DNA from: Selaginella moellendorffii | Taxonomy: Eukaryota > Plantae > Lycopodiophyta | Reading direction: 5' to 3' | Length of the DNA stretch: 64,000 bases | Assembly: GCF_000143415.4 (NCBI RefSeq) | Contig: NW_003314262.1 | Location: 596,078-660,077, forward strand | Shown here: positions 13,121 to 24,974 of the stretch, piece after piece | How positions within the stretch are numbered: position 1 is the stretch's first letter | Layout: every line of letters begins with the position of its first letter | Position numbers and translations under genes: made by a program | The notes under the pieces: model-generated | Told to the model about the DNA's origin: nothing | Database searches by the model: none | Seen by the model: the letters and a program-made list of their open reading frames with translations, nothing else

Positions 13121-15573
13121 TTATAGATTATTTGTTAAGTTTTTTTTTTTTTTGTTTCTTATAAGAATCCTAGGGATGATATATACATTAGTTTGATCAT
13201 TTTACAATGATTATCATTCTTGGGATGATATCTTGCATTTGTGTGAGTTTGTCATATGTCTATAAGGAATAGTATTAGAGTTGTGAGCACAGCCACTCAT
13301 ATGGATTAGAGTCTTCTCTTGAACATTTTCAAATGTATATTTGGACATGTTAATAATAATGATAATGCCTTCCAGTAATTGCATCATCTTTGTTCAAGGC
13401 TATCTAAATCAATTATGCAATTTAAGGTTCATTTTTAAAGTCTCTTATTTCATGTGGAGCCAAATGAAATCTGGTATGTTATAGCCAACACTTTTTCAAA
13501 ACCATATAGAATTTGTCTATACACTTACCCATCCTTGATAATGCTTTTTGACTAACACAACACTATGAGATATCACTTCTTCTACTTATAGCTACACTTT
13601 GGTTCTTATCAAAAATAATTTTGTTCCAATAGAGGTCAACACTATTGCTATCTGTATTCAAGGATATAGACAAAGACATAGTTATGGCTATGATGTTCAT
13701 TGTTAAGTATGTGATGAGGTTGGCCACACATATCAATATTGTCGATATTTCCCAATTGACATCTTCTATTTCATAGATGAAGAGCTTGACATCAATAATG
13801 TCCTATTGATATTGTTATGGTGAAAGGTCTTGATTCTAAGGTTTTTTTAAGAAATAAGATATCACACAAGTAGTGGAGAGATTTTGCACAAATAAGTCAA
13901 TAACCCTTCATCACTTTTTTAGGAATACCATTAAGGGGTTCATTTGACACCAATTTATCCAATGTTTATTTTTTATGTTTTATAATAAAAGGTTTATTAT
14001 TATCCTCTTTATATTGGTTGATACAAGTTTTATTTTATCTTCTATTGCTCAACTTGTTATCATATATTGCCATTTATATTTGTATCGTGTGGCAAAGCCA
14101 ATCTTCATTCTCTATAACAATGACCATATATGTATGTGTGTAGAGTGAAACAAACATGTGCATATGAGTGATTTCAAGCTTGAGTTCTAATTATTGTAAG
14201 TGGTGTCGAATCAAGTTTTTAACCTCATCCTTTGTATAAATTTATTGTGGCACAATCATGCTAAATATGACTTGGAGGCTTCTTCCTTTTGTTTTATACT
14301 CCCTTATATTTATTCTATTCATCTCACTTTTGTTCTATTTCATCTTTTTGTTTTTACCTTACTTTTATAACCATTACTTTTTACTATATTTCCTTCTTGT
14401 TTTTTTATTCCCTCTCCAAATCCCCTAGATAATTTTTGTGTTATACAACTAAAGTATAAGTATGTTGATCTTTTCAACTTTGACATGTCGTTTGGGGGCT
14501 AAGATTGCAATATGAATTTTATTCCAGCTAAAGATGCTCATTTGATTAAGGTTTTTGTTTGGCATTTTTCACCAAAGAATATTAAAATCTCAAGAGCAAA
14601 TATCCAGAAAATGGTGGAGAAAGGTGTTATTCAGAATTATTAGAATCATTGGGCATGTGAACCTCTGTTTTATAACAAATCCTAATTAAAGTATTCATTT
14701 TTACATCAACTATCATCAAATGTATACCCTTTTCCGCACATTGCTAATCTTCTAAATTGTTTGGGGCAAAGTCATTAGTTCACTAAATTAGATTTTGCTT
14801 CTAGGTATTTAACAAATTTTGATAGCTAAGGAAGATGTTCCCAATATTACTTTCTATATACCATTTGGCTTGTACAAATCTTTGGTGATGATGTTTAAAT
14901 TGAATAATGATTTAATGATTTTCAACAGATGATGGATAAAGTTCTTTATGATATGCCTAAGGTGACTACCAGCTTCAATAATAATGCCTTGATCCACTTT
15001 GAAGGGATGTAAGAAGAGCATATCTGTGATATTTACAAAATATTGGATTAACTATGGGAATTTAGTTTGAAGTGGAGGCAATTAAAGTGTGTATTTGGGT
15101 CCAAAGACATAACTTATCTTGGTCACTACATTTTTCACAAAAGTTTGCAAGTTAATCTTGACAAATTTGTGATTTTTCTAAAGTTCCTTACTCTAAAGTG
15201 TGTTAACGATGTGGAATGCTTCCTTAGCAAGGTGTAATATTTTAATAATTTTATTGATTACTTTTTTTATCATACTACACTATTACAAGTATTGTTTAAA
15301 TCATCCACATCATCTTTTAATTAATTTAAGGACTACAAACAAACATTTTTGAATCTCAAAGTGGTGTTGATATCTCTTCTAGTTTTGGTGCATCTTGATT
15401 ACACTTAACATTTCATCTTATATGTAGATGTTTTTGATATTTGTCTCAGAAGTATATTGATGCAAGAAAACACGAGTGTATTAATCACATTGTGTACATC
15501 AATTGTATCTTACCATCAGGAGAAATGAACTACTTTAATATAGAGAAGTGTTTACATTTTGGGGCTTTGAAAA

Positions 15574-15861
15574 ATGCTTTATTTCGTTAAAGTGGGACTT
15601 TTCATTATCCCACTTATGGTGTGTGGCCACATGCCATTTTTATAACAACAATAAAAAATTGAAGTTTTAACTTTATAATTTATAAATTAAAAACTTTTCA
15701 TATGATTTTGTGTTATAATATTGTGAAATATAAAAAAATAAATTAAAAAACTGATAGAAATATTAATAAATATTAATTAAGTACTAGGAAATGGCATGTG
15801 GACACATGCTAATTAATGTCCCACTTTACTGAATAAGTCCCACTTTAACGAAATAAAGCAT
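15574..15861. mobile_element. MITE / non-autonomous DNA transposon, 288 bp, perfect 27-bp TIRs, apparent 4-bp TSD (AAAA)
   Basis: ATGCTTTATTTCGTTAAAGTGGGACTT at 15574-15600 and its exact reverse complement at 15835-15861. Removing it restores tttgaaaagctt (FEKL) of the gypsy RNase H. Confidence 0.88.
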
Positions 15862-16080
15862 AAAAGCTTTATACATACTTATATGGTTTTTGGATGTTGT
15901 TAAAGGGTGATCATGTTGCAATCACTTCATTATTAAAGCAGAAGAATTTAGTTGGTCGAATTGCTTAGTGGGCTCTAAAGTTTCAAATATATAACTTTAA
16001 GTTTTATAGCTAATGCTAATGCCCTTTTTTAAGCTCCTTTCCATTTTTATATTCCTAATAAGCTTATTATTCTAGCATCA

Positions 16081-16224
16081 ATGGAGTTTTTGGACAAGGA
16101 TTTCATGCTATTAGTAATTGTTGTGTTTATGGAGTTTTTGGACAAGGATTTCATGCTATTAGTAATTGTTGTGTTTATGGAGTTTTTGGACAAGGATTTC
16201 ATGCTATTAGTAATTGTTGTGTTT
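16081..16224 (+). repeat. 48-bp tandem triplication within the gypsy relic
   Basis: atggagtttttggacaaggatttcatgctattagtaattgttgtgttt at 16081, 16129 and 16177. Confidence 0.92.
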
Positions 16225-17678
16225 GATGTTTAGTGTCTATAAGATGCAAAGCTAGATTTACCTTCTTTTGATAAAGTTTGTAAGGCTTAAAAGGTTGAAT
16301 TATAGATCTAAATACTTATGATGAGTTTAAGATTCCTACATCATTTGTTAATAATTTGTTGTTTCGGTATTTATATTTTAAATTGCTATGAAGATAATCT
16401 TTTTTATTTTGTGGGGATTAATCATGATGACCATTTGCAATTAATAGTGCCTTCGATTTTGATTTTATATTTTCTACATACTCATCATGACTTTTCTATT
16501 TTAGGTGGGCATATAAAATATCATTGTGTAACTAAGAAACTATATAAGTGTTTTTATTGGCTAGAGATGTGATGTAGAGCTCATGTTTATGATCACAAGT
16601 AAGTGGTTATTCATTTTTTAAGGATTCCATACCAGTTTGGTTTAGATTCAGACAACTTACTCCTATATATAAACTAGGGTTTTTAAGCTAATTGAATATA
16701 CACATTTTTATATCTCATTTCTATATCTATACACATAAAATTTATATGCATCTCATTTCTAATATTATATTAACTATTAATAAAACAATAAAAGTCAATA
16801 AGTAATAGCATTATAGCATTTGTATTTTTATTTTCATGACTAGCAAATATTATAAATAGAAGAAGAATGTCAAGAAAGAAACTCTTAATAATTATATTCT
16901 AAATTTTTTCTGATTAAGAAATACATAATAACCTAAAACTAAATCTGATTTTAAAAAATTAATACAAGCTCAAAATAAAATTTCAATAAATATATTTGCA
17001 AAACAATTGAGAGCATTGATTGGTATTTGAATATTTATCAATTGTCCAAAATCATCTATATGAAATTCCAACTCTATAATATGCCTTATCACAGCTGATG
17101 TGAGGCATCTTTGCCAATTATAATTTTTCTCAAGTTGGCTAAAAACATTATCAAATTCTCAAGGATTTACCCTCATTCTTTATCAAAGGTTGTTGTAAAT
17201 ATCAAGCAGTAAAGTAGCCAAACTTTAAATGTGAGTTTTGATCTTTCTATCATATCTTCTAATCCATTCTAATTGCATATAAAGACAAACTCCTTGGTGA
17301 AAAGAGTCTAAGTATGAATTTTAACTTTAAATCTCAGATTAAAGAATAATCTAAAATATGCTGGATATTTTAGATATATTTTGCACTATAAAGCAAACTA
17401 AAAATGGTAATGAAAAATAAAAAAATTAGAGACCATAGGGAGCTTTAATTGAATTTCAAATTCCCAATTTAATGCACGGCCCATAGACTTTATATTTTTA
17501 AACAAGCCAAAGTTTTTATTCCAGATGCGTTGCAGGGCCGAAGGACAAGGCACCATGATGTTTGTACAAAACAACATCTATGCAGCAGCAATTCCACCAG
17601 TCCCGAGTCCTCCCAAGCAAGCTAAGTTCTCCTAAAATCCTCCACATTTTCTAGCCGCCTTTCAGATTCTTGGTAGCT

Positions 17679-19927
17679 ATGGCGGACAATGTCGACGACG
17701 CCGACAAAAGAAAGGAGAAGTTTCTTTGCGTCCAAAGAGCACAGAGCGTGCCTATGGATTTGGGCGCTTTAAATCCTTCCAATCCTCTCAATCCAAGGCG
17801 CTCGGCAGGATCTCGAACTGGATTGAGTGCTCGCATCAAATTCGCAGGAACTCTGGACAAGATCATGGGCAATTCCAAGCCGCCGCAGCGGCAGCACCGA
17901 AGAACTGATCGAGCCCAGCAGCCAGCTCTTGTCCTTGGCCCCGTGATTGGCAAAGTCACACACAACAGCGCCCGGGTTTTGATCGAGGCGAGTCGCGATT
18001 CCTTCGTTACGGCTGTGCTAGAGGCGGTCGAGGAAGACATGGACCCATCGAAGAAATCCTCGTCCCTCCGCAAAGACCATAGCTGGGCCTCGTCAATCCT
18101 GCGCTGGGGAAGCCACAAGATCACGAGGAAAGCGCAGAGCGTCGCGGAGAATGGAGATTTTCTCACGGCAGTCAAGGAGGAGGAGGATCAAATCCAAGAG
18201 GGCTCGTCGATTACCCAGCTGGAGAAGGAGTTTCGAGCTGGAAGGCCGGGAGTGTTTCACTTTACGAATCTCAAGCCTGGCACGAGATACAAGGTGGAAT
18301 TCAAGGGCTGCCTCTATTCCATCCCGGGAAGTTTCAAGACTTTGAGCACTCCGGGATCTACGAACTATAACGTCAACTTTGGCGTCATCAGCTGCAACAA
18401 TGTCTATATCACACAGAAGGCGATTCCAATCCACTCGGATTTGTGGTCGCATCTCTACAGGAGTGTGAGCGCTGGAAAGATTGACTATCTCATCCATCTT
18501 GGTGATCAAGTAAGCTCTCTTCGCTCTGATTTTTCTTTCTAGAAAAAAAAAAATCTCTTTATCCTGTCCTTTAAAGTTTTCATCGATTTTTCATGCACAA
18601 TCTAGATCTATGCCGATGTGGAGCCAGAAGTTGGCGGACCAGAGCTCGACCGTTTCCAAGTCTCCAAGACAATTCTCGCGGACGTTCCTCCACTCCACCG
18701 CGAGAAAAAGAGAGAAGAGATTTGTGAGCTCTACCGCGAGGCATACCGAGAAACTTGGAGCCATCCACCAACGGCGAAGTGCCTGGCAAATTGTCCAAAC
18801 CTCATGATTCTCGACGATCACGAGATCCGGGATAACTGGGGAGACCTTCCCGAGGATTGGGACGAGAGCAGCGTCGAGTTTTTCATAGCTCGCTGTGGAT
18901 GGATCGTTTATCTCGAGTACCAGCGACAGCTTCACGAGGATGTAGATTTCTCGAGCCTGGAAAGCATTGACAAGGTAACTCCACCTCGATTGATTCATGG
19001 ATAGAAGAGCACTTATGATGTTTTCGTCGATCTAGGAGTATCACTTTCATGTCCTTGGAGGAATCGGACTTATGTTTGTGGATATCAGAGGCTCACGAAC
19101 TTTCCACCGCGAGAGGGATGACGAGAACGCCTACCTTGGAACCAAACAATGGAAGGATATCTCCGACTCTCTCTCGTCTCCGGGAGGAATTTTCAATGGA
19201 GTCTCTGCACTGCTCTTGTGTGCCACTGCTCCACTCGTCTTCCTCGAGCCCGTGATCACCAACGTCGCGGCCAAGAGAGTGAATCGTCTCGAGGATTTCA
19301 AAGGCCACTGGTCGGCCCAGCCTCACACCGAAGAACAGATTCGAATGATCGACGCGCTCGCGAGCTGGAAGGCTGCCCAAGATGGTCGTCAAGTTCTCGT
19401 CCTTGGAGGTACCTTTCCTTCCTGTGAATTGCTCGAGCTCAAACTGTGGATCCAATCCAACTAGGTGATGTTCACTGTGGAGGCCACTCGGAAGTTCTCA
19501 AGGACAACGAGATCGTCTTCCAGCAGCTGACTTCGAGCGCCATAGCCAACACTCCTCTCCCCAAGACGGCCTATTACTTCATGAGACTGGTCGGACGCTT
19601 GGGAGGCTCGCTGAGAACCGGCTACACTTTCAAGCACTATCACTGGACGAGATCACGAAACTATGGTCTCGTGCGGGTGAAGATACTTAAAGTTGACCAG
19701 GTAAGCAATGCAGCACCAAGTTCTTCTCACCATCGCTCTCGACTTTTTGGCAGAGAAAACCAAGTTTTGCCGAGATCACCTCGCAGCTCGTCAAGGGAAA
19801 GTTCATGAGAGGAATCCTGTTGGGAGCAAAAGTCAGCAGCACGAGGATAACAGAGAAGAAAAAGAAAAAGAAAAAGAACAGACCTTTCAACTGTTGTGTG
19901 TCATCGGCTCACAGTACTGCTGCCTGA
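17679..19927 (+). CDS. PhoD-like (alkaline phosphatase D family) metallophosphatase, 5 exons
   Basis: Spliced motifs GVISCN, HLGDQ|IYAD, ILDDHEIRDNWG, DIRGSR, LGG|DVHCG, QLTSSAI, preceded by an FN3-like LKPGTRYKV segment. Last exon ends KKKKKKKNRPFNCCVSSAHSTAA* (TGA 19925-19927). Confidence 0.85.
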
Positions 19928-20039
19928 GTCAAAAAGAAATCAGACACACGACAAAGAGTTGCACGAGACCACGAAAGCTCATCACTTTGGACCACTTGTC
20001 ACTAAATAGTACAAAGATTTCTCAGTGCTTACGCTTGTT

Positions 20040-20460
20040 TTTAGAAATTAGTGCTTCTTTCATCATCGATTTACGTCCATGGATCGTTCCTGGAGATTCT
20101 TCTGTTTGTAAACATCCCGTTATGATCTTCGAATCCACACTGCACATTTACATAAAAAAGGAAAGAATTTTAAAAAAATCCATGCAGCTTACCCCAACAA
20201 ATCGCATTGTGTGCCACCAGAGAGTATCCGGCTTGGAAGGTTTTGAATCGTGATACTTGCTGGCCAGACTTTGTAGTCACTGTGTTTTCCATCTCCTCGT
20301 CCCCAAGAGTTTCACCCCGTTTCCACCTCCACTTCAGTCGAAGGATCCGTCTCCGTCCGCTGGGTCTTGCTACGTACGCTTCACGACGGCACTGCCCGTT
20401 ATGACCGTCTTTTGCGGATTACAATCCGGTGGAAATTGTCGGTAAAGAGTCGTCGGTGAG
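20040..20460 (-). pseudogene. Deleted remnant of the 3' part of the EMB1703-like gene (paralogous to 25921-26985)
   Basis: Collinear blocks such as gccaccagagagtatccg...ggaaggttttgaatcg...ctggccagactttgtagt and gtcttttgcggattacaatccgg, separated by deletions. Confidence 0.85.
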
Positions 20461-20499
20461 AAGCTCAACCGAATAAAGACATGGATGATGGTTTGCAGA

Positions 20500-21835
20500 T
20501 TTTGTTTTCTAATGTTTACTGCCTACATGCATCTCCAGTCTGGTCGTGATCAGCTCGGAAGGCCTTCCTGCCTGTAAGCTAGGTCTTCTGGACATTCGAC
20601 AGAGACAGTGCAAACTTAGAAGAGGCTTGCTTCTAGGAATTGGACGGCGTGAAGGTCCTGCAGCCCCGTACTGGATTCCCACGGCTTGAAAAAATCCGAT
20701 CCCACAGCTTACCAGAATGGTTCTTCGCGTCATTGAGAGATCTGGAATTAAGGTTTTTGGATGATACCCCCATCTCGAGAGATCTCCACATCGTGGAACA
20801 GGATCAACGCTCACGCCTGGGAGAATCAATCCAGCGCCATCGATTGCATCAGGTCCATAAAACTTTTTGGAGGTGCTTCCCATTGGGACGTCCCCATGTC
20901 CTTGGACCACCCTCCATTAAGGTAGACCCAGCTTAGTGAGTTTGAGCAATGCATCCACAAGGAAAGACTTGACGTCACAGTATCCCAAGTCAAGATATGA
21001 CAGATTGGTCAGCTTTCCTAATGAACCAGAGATGCTTTGGAGCCAATTTGAAGACAAATACAAAGTCCCTAAATTCTTGAGCTCCAATGCAACCTAGACA
21101 GAAAACCTGCAAGCATTTGAAAGGAGAGAGGCTTGGCAGTGTAGCATTTTCATCCAGGAGCAGGCAAGTGGTGCTGGAAACTTTGACCCTGTTCTTCTTA
21201 GGATGAGGCACCCCCACCAATTAAATCTTGATGTAGTTGCTCGTGAAGGTGTCCCCGCATCTTGATCTTAAATAACACTTTAGGCCCTCTTGCTCCAAGA
21301 TTAGCCAACAACGCATCGTGAATCTTGTACCTCCTCTTCCCCAGCAAAAGGCATAATCTTCTTCTTCGGTAATAAGTGCGTGATTCTTGAGCCTTTACAG
21401 AACATTCATGCTGTGTTGGCCCCATTAGTCAGCAAAGAAAAAGAAAGTGCTGGATGACAAGAGGTAAATGCATTGTAACCCCAGTTTGATCCGCTGGAAT
21501 ACCTGTTTTTCTCATCTTGTCTCCCTGTCTTCTGCCAATACCTTCAAGAGGCCTCCACATTTATCCACAACTGCCTTGATTATTTGATTTTGAGCATATT
21601 TTTTATTTGATAATGGGTGGACTGAACAATTTCAAGCTGTCTTTCCCATCTTCATTTTAATTGCACCTCTACTGTTGAGCACATCAAGTATTCTGGTGGT
21701 GACAAAGATTTTGCTTCCAACCTCTTGCACCACATCAAACAGATCCAAAAGTTCCAGACATTCCTCAGTGTTTTGTTGCCGATCTGACCTTCTATTTTGA
21801 TTTATTTGTAAAGTTAGCATTTGCATGAAGCTGTA
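20500..21835 (-). pseudogene. NB-ARC-LRR (NLR) pseudogene
   Basis: Frame-broken fragments GSKIFVTTR (RNBS-B), AVVDKCGGLLKV (GLPL-like), YKIHDAL (MHD-like) and LRR segments; homologous to 34944-36975. Confidence 0.8.
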
Positions 21836-21892
21836 AACAGAAATGTACCTGCCATGACTGACCGAATGTTAGCCATCGAAATGTGCCTTGAC

Positions 21893-24800
21893 TGTTAGAG
21901 CCACGTGGCGTACAGCCATCGCATTCCTTCAGTTTAGGGCTTTTTTAGTTCTTTCTCATCCTGTGTGAGATCCATCCCAGGGGATTTTTCTGGGAGTGTT
22001 CTCACTGTGAGGCCTGGCTTCTCTCATCATGGTATTAGAGCAATAGGTTAAAATGTTTTTGGCACAACCAGTGCCATAAGTGCCATAGACTCTAGGACAG
22101 GATGGCGTTGTCTTCTTCCTCTAGAGACATATAAAGCAGTTCGATGGGACGAATTTCCTTGCTTGGAAAGAACGTGTACAGTTCTGGTTTATGAGTTGGG
22201 GACTTTGGCCTATGATATCTAGATCGAGAAAATGCCCGTCTAAGGATGATGATGACACAGATCCATACAACAAGTGGAAAGATCTGGATGCTAGGGCAAA
22301 TGGAGCGTTAGGTGGAGGACTCGGCCCTCTCTACAGTGTCTACGTGAATGTGGAGAAGAGTTCTACTGAGAATTGGAAGTCAATTTGTGAAATTATGGGA
22401 GTGGACTTGCAAGAAGATGTGGACGTGATTCTTCGTTGCAGTGAGCTATACAGCCTAGAGCAGCAGCCACATGAGTGTGTGCAAGATTACATCACCAGGC
22501 TTCAGCACAAAGTGGTGGAGATTCGACTACTAGATCCAGAAGCTGCTGTGACAGATCAAGAGTTTAATGCAGTTCTGTTTAAGGGGCTTGCAACTTGTGC
22601 TATGAAGTTTCATCTTCATTATATCAAGAAGATTCCCGACATTACACAGCAGCAGATTTTTGCTGAGCTCATCCAGTATGAGAAAACCGTTATAGGTGAA
22701 GGCAATGCTGCTGAGCAGGATGGGATTGCCAAGCAAGCACAAGCAGGGTGCTCCTCTATCTTTAATCGACTTGGAAATAAGCACTCCAACAGCACCGAGG
22801 AAAAGCCAGCTACCAAGCAAGAATTCAATTTGAAGTGTGGGATGTGTTCAAAGCGTGGGCACTTGAGCAGGGATTGTCCAGTGAAGAAGCATCATTGTGA
22901 GACAAAATTGAAAGCTGAGCATGGATCTTCCTCTGGTGCAACACCACATTTTAAAAGTTGATGCTGAGATGATGGTGACGATGAAGACTCTTCCGCTATG
23001 GCCAATGGCTTGTCATGGATGACTCAAGGAGTAGAGATGGATGTGTTCTTTGGTTGGATTTGGCAGCAACGAATCACTCAACTTTTGACTGTGAGCTATT
23101 TTTGGAGATGAGGAAATGCACCGGCCACAGATAACAGCTTGTTACCAGTTGAAGGTGTGGGCATGATTGAAGTGCGTCTACCCACAGGCTTGGTGGTTCC
23201 AGTCAAGCACATGTGGTACATCCTGAAGGCTAAACATTCCTTGGTGTCCCTCGGACAAATGATGGAGCAAGGATTCAACTTGGAGTTTTGTGGTGATTGT
23301 GTTAAGATCACACATCCAGAGGTTGGACATGTGGCTTCAGCAAGCAAGATAGGACGACTGTTCCGGATGGATTGCGAGGTTTGTGTTCCAGGGAAGCTGC
23401 TAGCTATGATGACAGTGGCTACTGCGAGTTCATCTTCAGGGGGAGCTGCAGATATTCAAACTTGGCATCGTCAGACGATCCAGCAGTTGCAGCAAGACCA
23501 CGTGGTTGATGGCTTGGCCATCACATCTTTTTCAATGCCATTATGCGAGCCATGCATCATGGGAAAGCAGCATCATGGGGCGTTCAACTCTGGTGGGAGT
23601 GTTCGGGAGTGACACTCCCCCTGACACAAGTGTTCACCAACTGGGACACAAGTTCGGCTTGTGGTATCCACCTCTACTCCTCAAGTCATCCATGACAAGC
23701 CATTGGCCGCAGCAGAAGAGTCTTCCTCATCACCATCATCTCGGCGTCGACTTTTAAAATGTGGTGCTGCATCTATGGAAGATCCACACTCAGCTTTCAA
23801 TTTTGTCTCATGATGATGCTTCTTCACTGGACAATCCCTGCTCAGGTGCCCACGCTTTGAACACGTCCCACACTTCAAATTGAATTCTTGCTTGGTGGCT
23901 GGCTTTTCCTCGGTGCTGTTGGAGTGCTTATTTCCAAGTCGATTAAAGACAGAAGAGCACCCTGCTTGTGCTTGCTTGGCAATCCCATCCTACTCAGCAG
24001 CATTGCCTTCATTTATAACGGTTTTCTCATGCTGGATGAGCTCAATTGCAAGCCCCTTAAACAGAACTGAATTAAACTCTTGATCTATCACAGCAGCTTC
24101 TGGATCCAGCAGTTGAATCTCCACCACTTTGTGCTGAAGCCTAGTGATGTAATCTTGCATGTACTCGTGTGGCTGCTACTCTAGGCTGTATAACTCACTG
24201 CGACGAAGAATCATGTCCACATCTTCTTGCAAGTCCACTCCCATAATTTCACAAATTGACTTCTCAATTCTCCACATTCACGTAGACACTGTAGAGAGGG
24301 CTGAGTCCTCTGCGTAATGCTCCATTTGCCCTAGCATCCAGATCTTTCCAATGGACCTATGTCATCATATGGACATTTTCTCAATCTAGATACCACAGGC
24401 TAGAGTCCCCACCTTATATACCAAAACTGTGCACATTCTTTCCAAGCAAAGAAATTCGCCCCATTGAACTGCTCCATGTCTCTGGAGGAAGAAGACGACG
24501 CCATCCTGTCCTAGAGTCTATGGCACTGGTAGTGCCAAAAAAAATTCTAGATATTGCTCTAATCTCAGATAATCAATCAGTGATTGCTCTTTTAGAGAAT
24601 CCACGATATCACGCCAGGAAGGACAAAGCATATACAAATAAAATACCACACAAGTAACATTTAAGTATGTGGCAATTGAGGACCAAGTTGCTAATATATT
24701 TACTAAGGCTCTTCCACCTATTGTTTTCTGGAAACATCAAGAAGCGACTTGTCCTCACAGGGCTCCAGCTAGGTGGGCGGCAGTGGTCACGCTGGTGATA

Positions 24801-24965
24801 AAGATCCAGGTGTACCATTGAGGGGGAGTGTTAGAGCCTGAGTCGCATTCCTTCAGTTTAGGGCTTTCTTAGTTTTCTTTCTCATCCTGTGTGAGATCCA
24901 TCCCTTCTGGGAGTGTTCTCACTCTCTATAGAGCAGTAGGCCGTGAGGCCTGGCTTCTCTCATCA
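21893..24965 (+). mobile_element. Ty1/copia LTR retrotransposon derivative with internal inverted gag duplication
   Basis: 137-bp TG...CA LTRs at 21893-22029 and 24829-24965, TSD TTGAC, PBS tggtattagagc (22030), PPT gagggggag (24820). gag ORF with CGMCSKRGHLSRDC, protease/GAG-pre-integrase (CEPCIMGKQH), and RNase H tail DNQSVIALLENP / DQVANIFTKAL at 24568-24720. Confidence 0.93.
23612..24567 (-). repeat. Inverted copy of the copia PBS-gag region, ending in a PPT
   Basis: Reverse complement of ~22030-23042 with substitutions and small deletions (ORF 23681-23878 KCGTCSKRGHLSRDC). acactccccct at 23612-23622 is an inverted PPT+TGT. Confidence 0.9.
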
Positions 24966-24974
24966 TTGACTTGG

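Larger units (their letters stand above)
13200..16735 (+). mobile_element. Heavily degenerate Ty3/gypsy relic (gag zinc knuckle, PR, RT, RNase H, start of integrase, 3' LTR), same family as 60404-64000
   Basis: C*VCDEVGHTYQYC knuckle at ~13702-13743. ttggttgatacaagt (LVDT protease) at ~14016. attaaaatctcaagagcaaatatc...gggcatgtgaacct (14581-14665) aligns to IKILRANIKEMLEKGVI...WACEP of the right-end element. LTR-like 16570-16735 matches the reverse complement of 60404-60580. Left boundary approximate. Confidence 0.88.
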
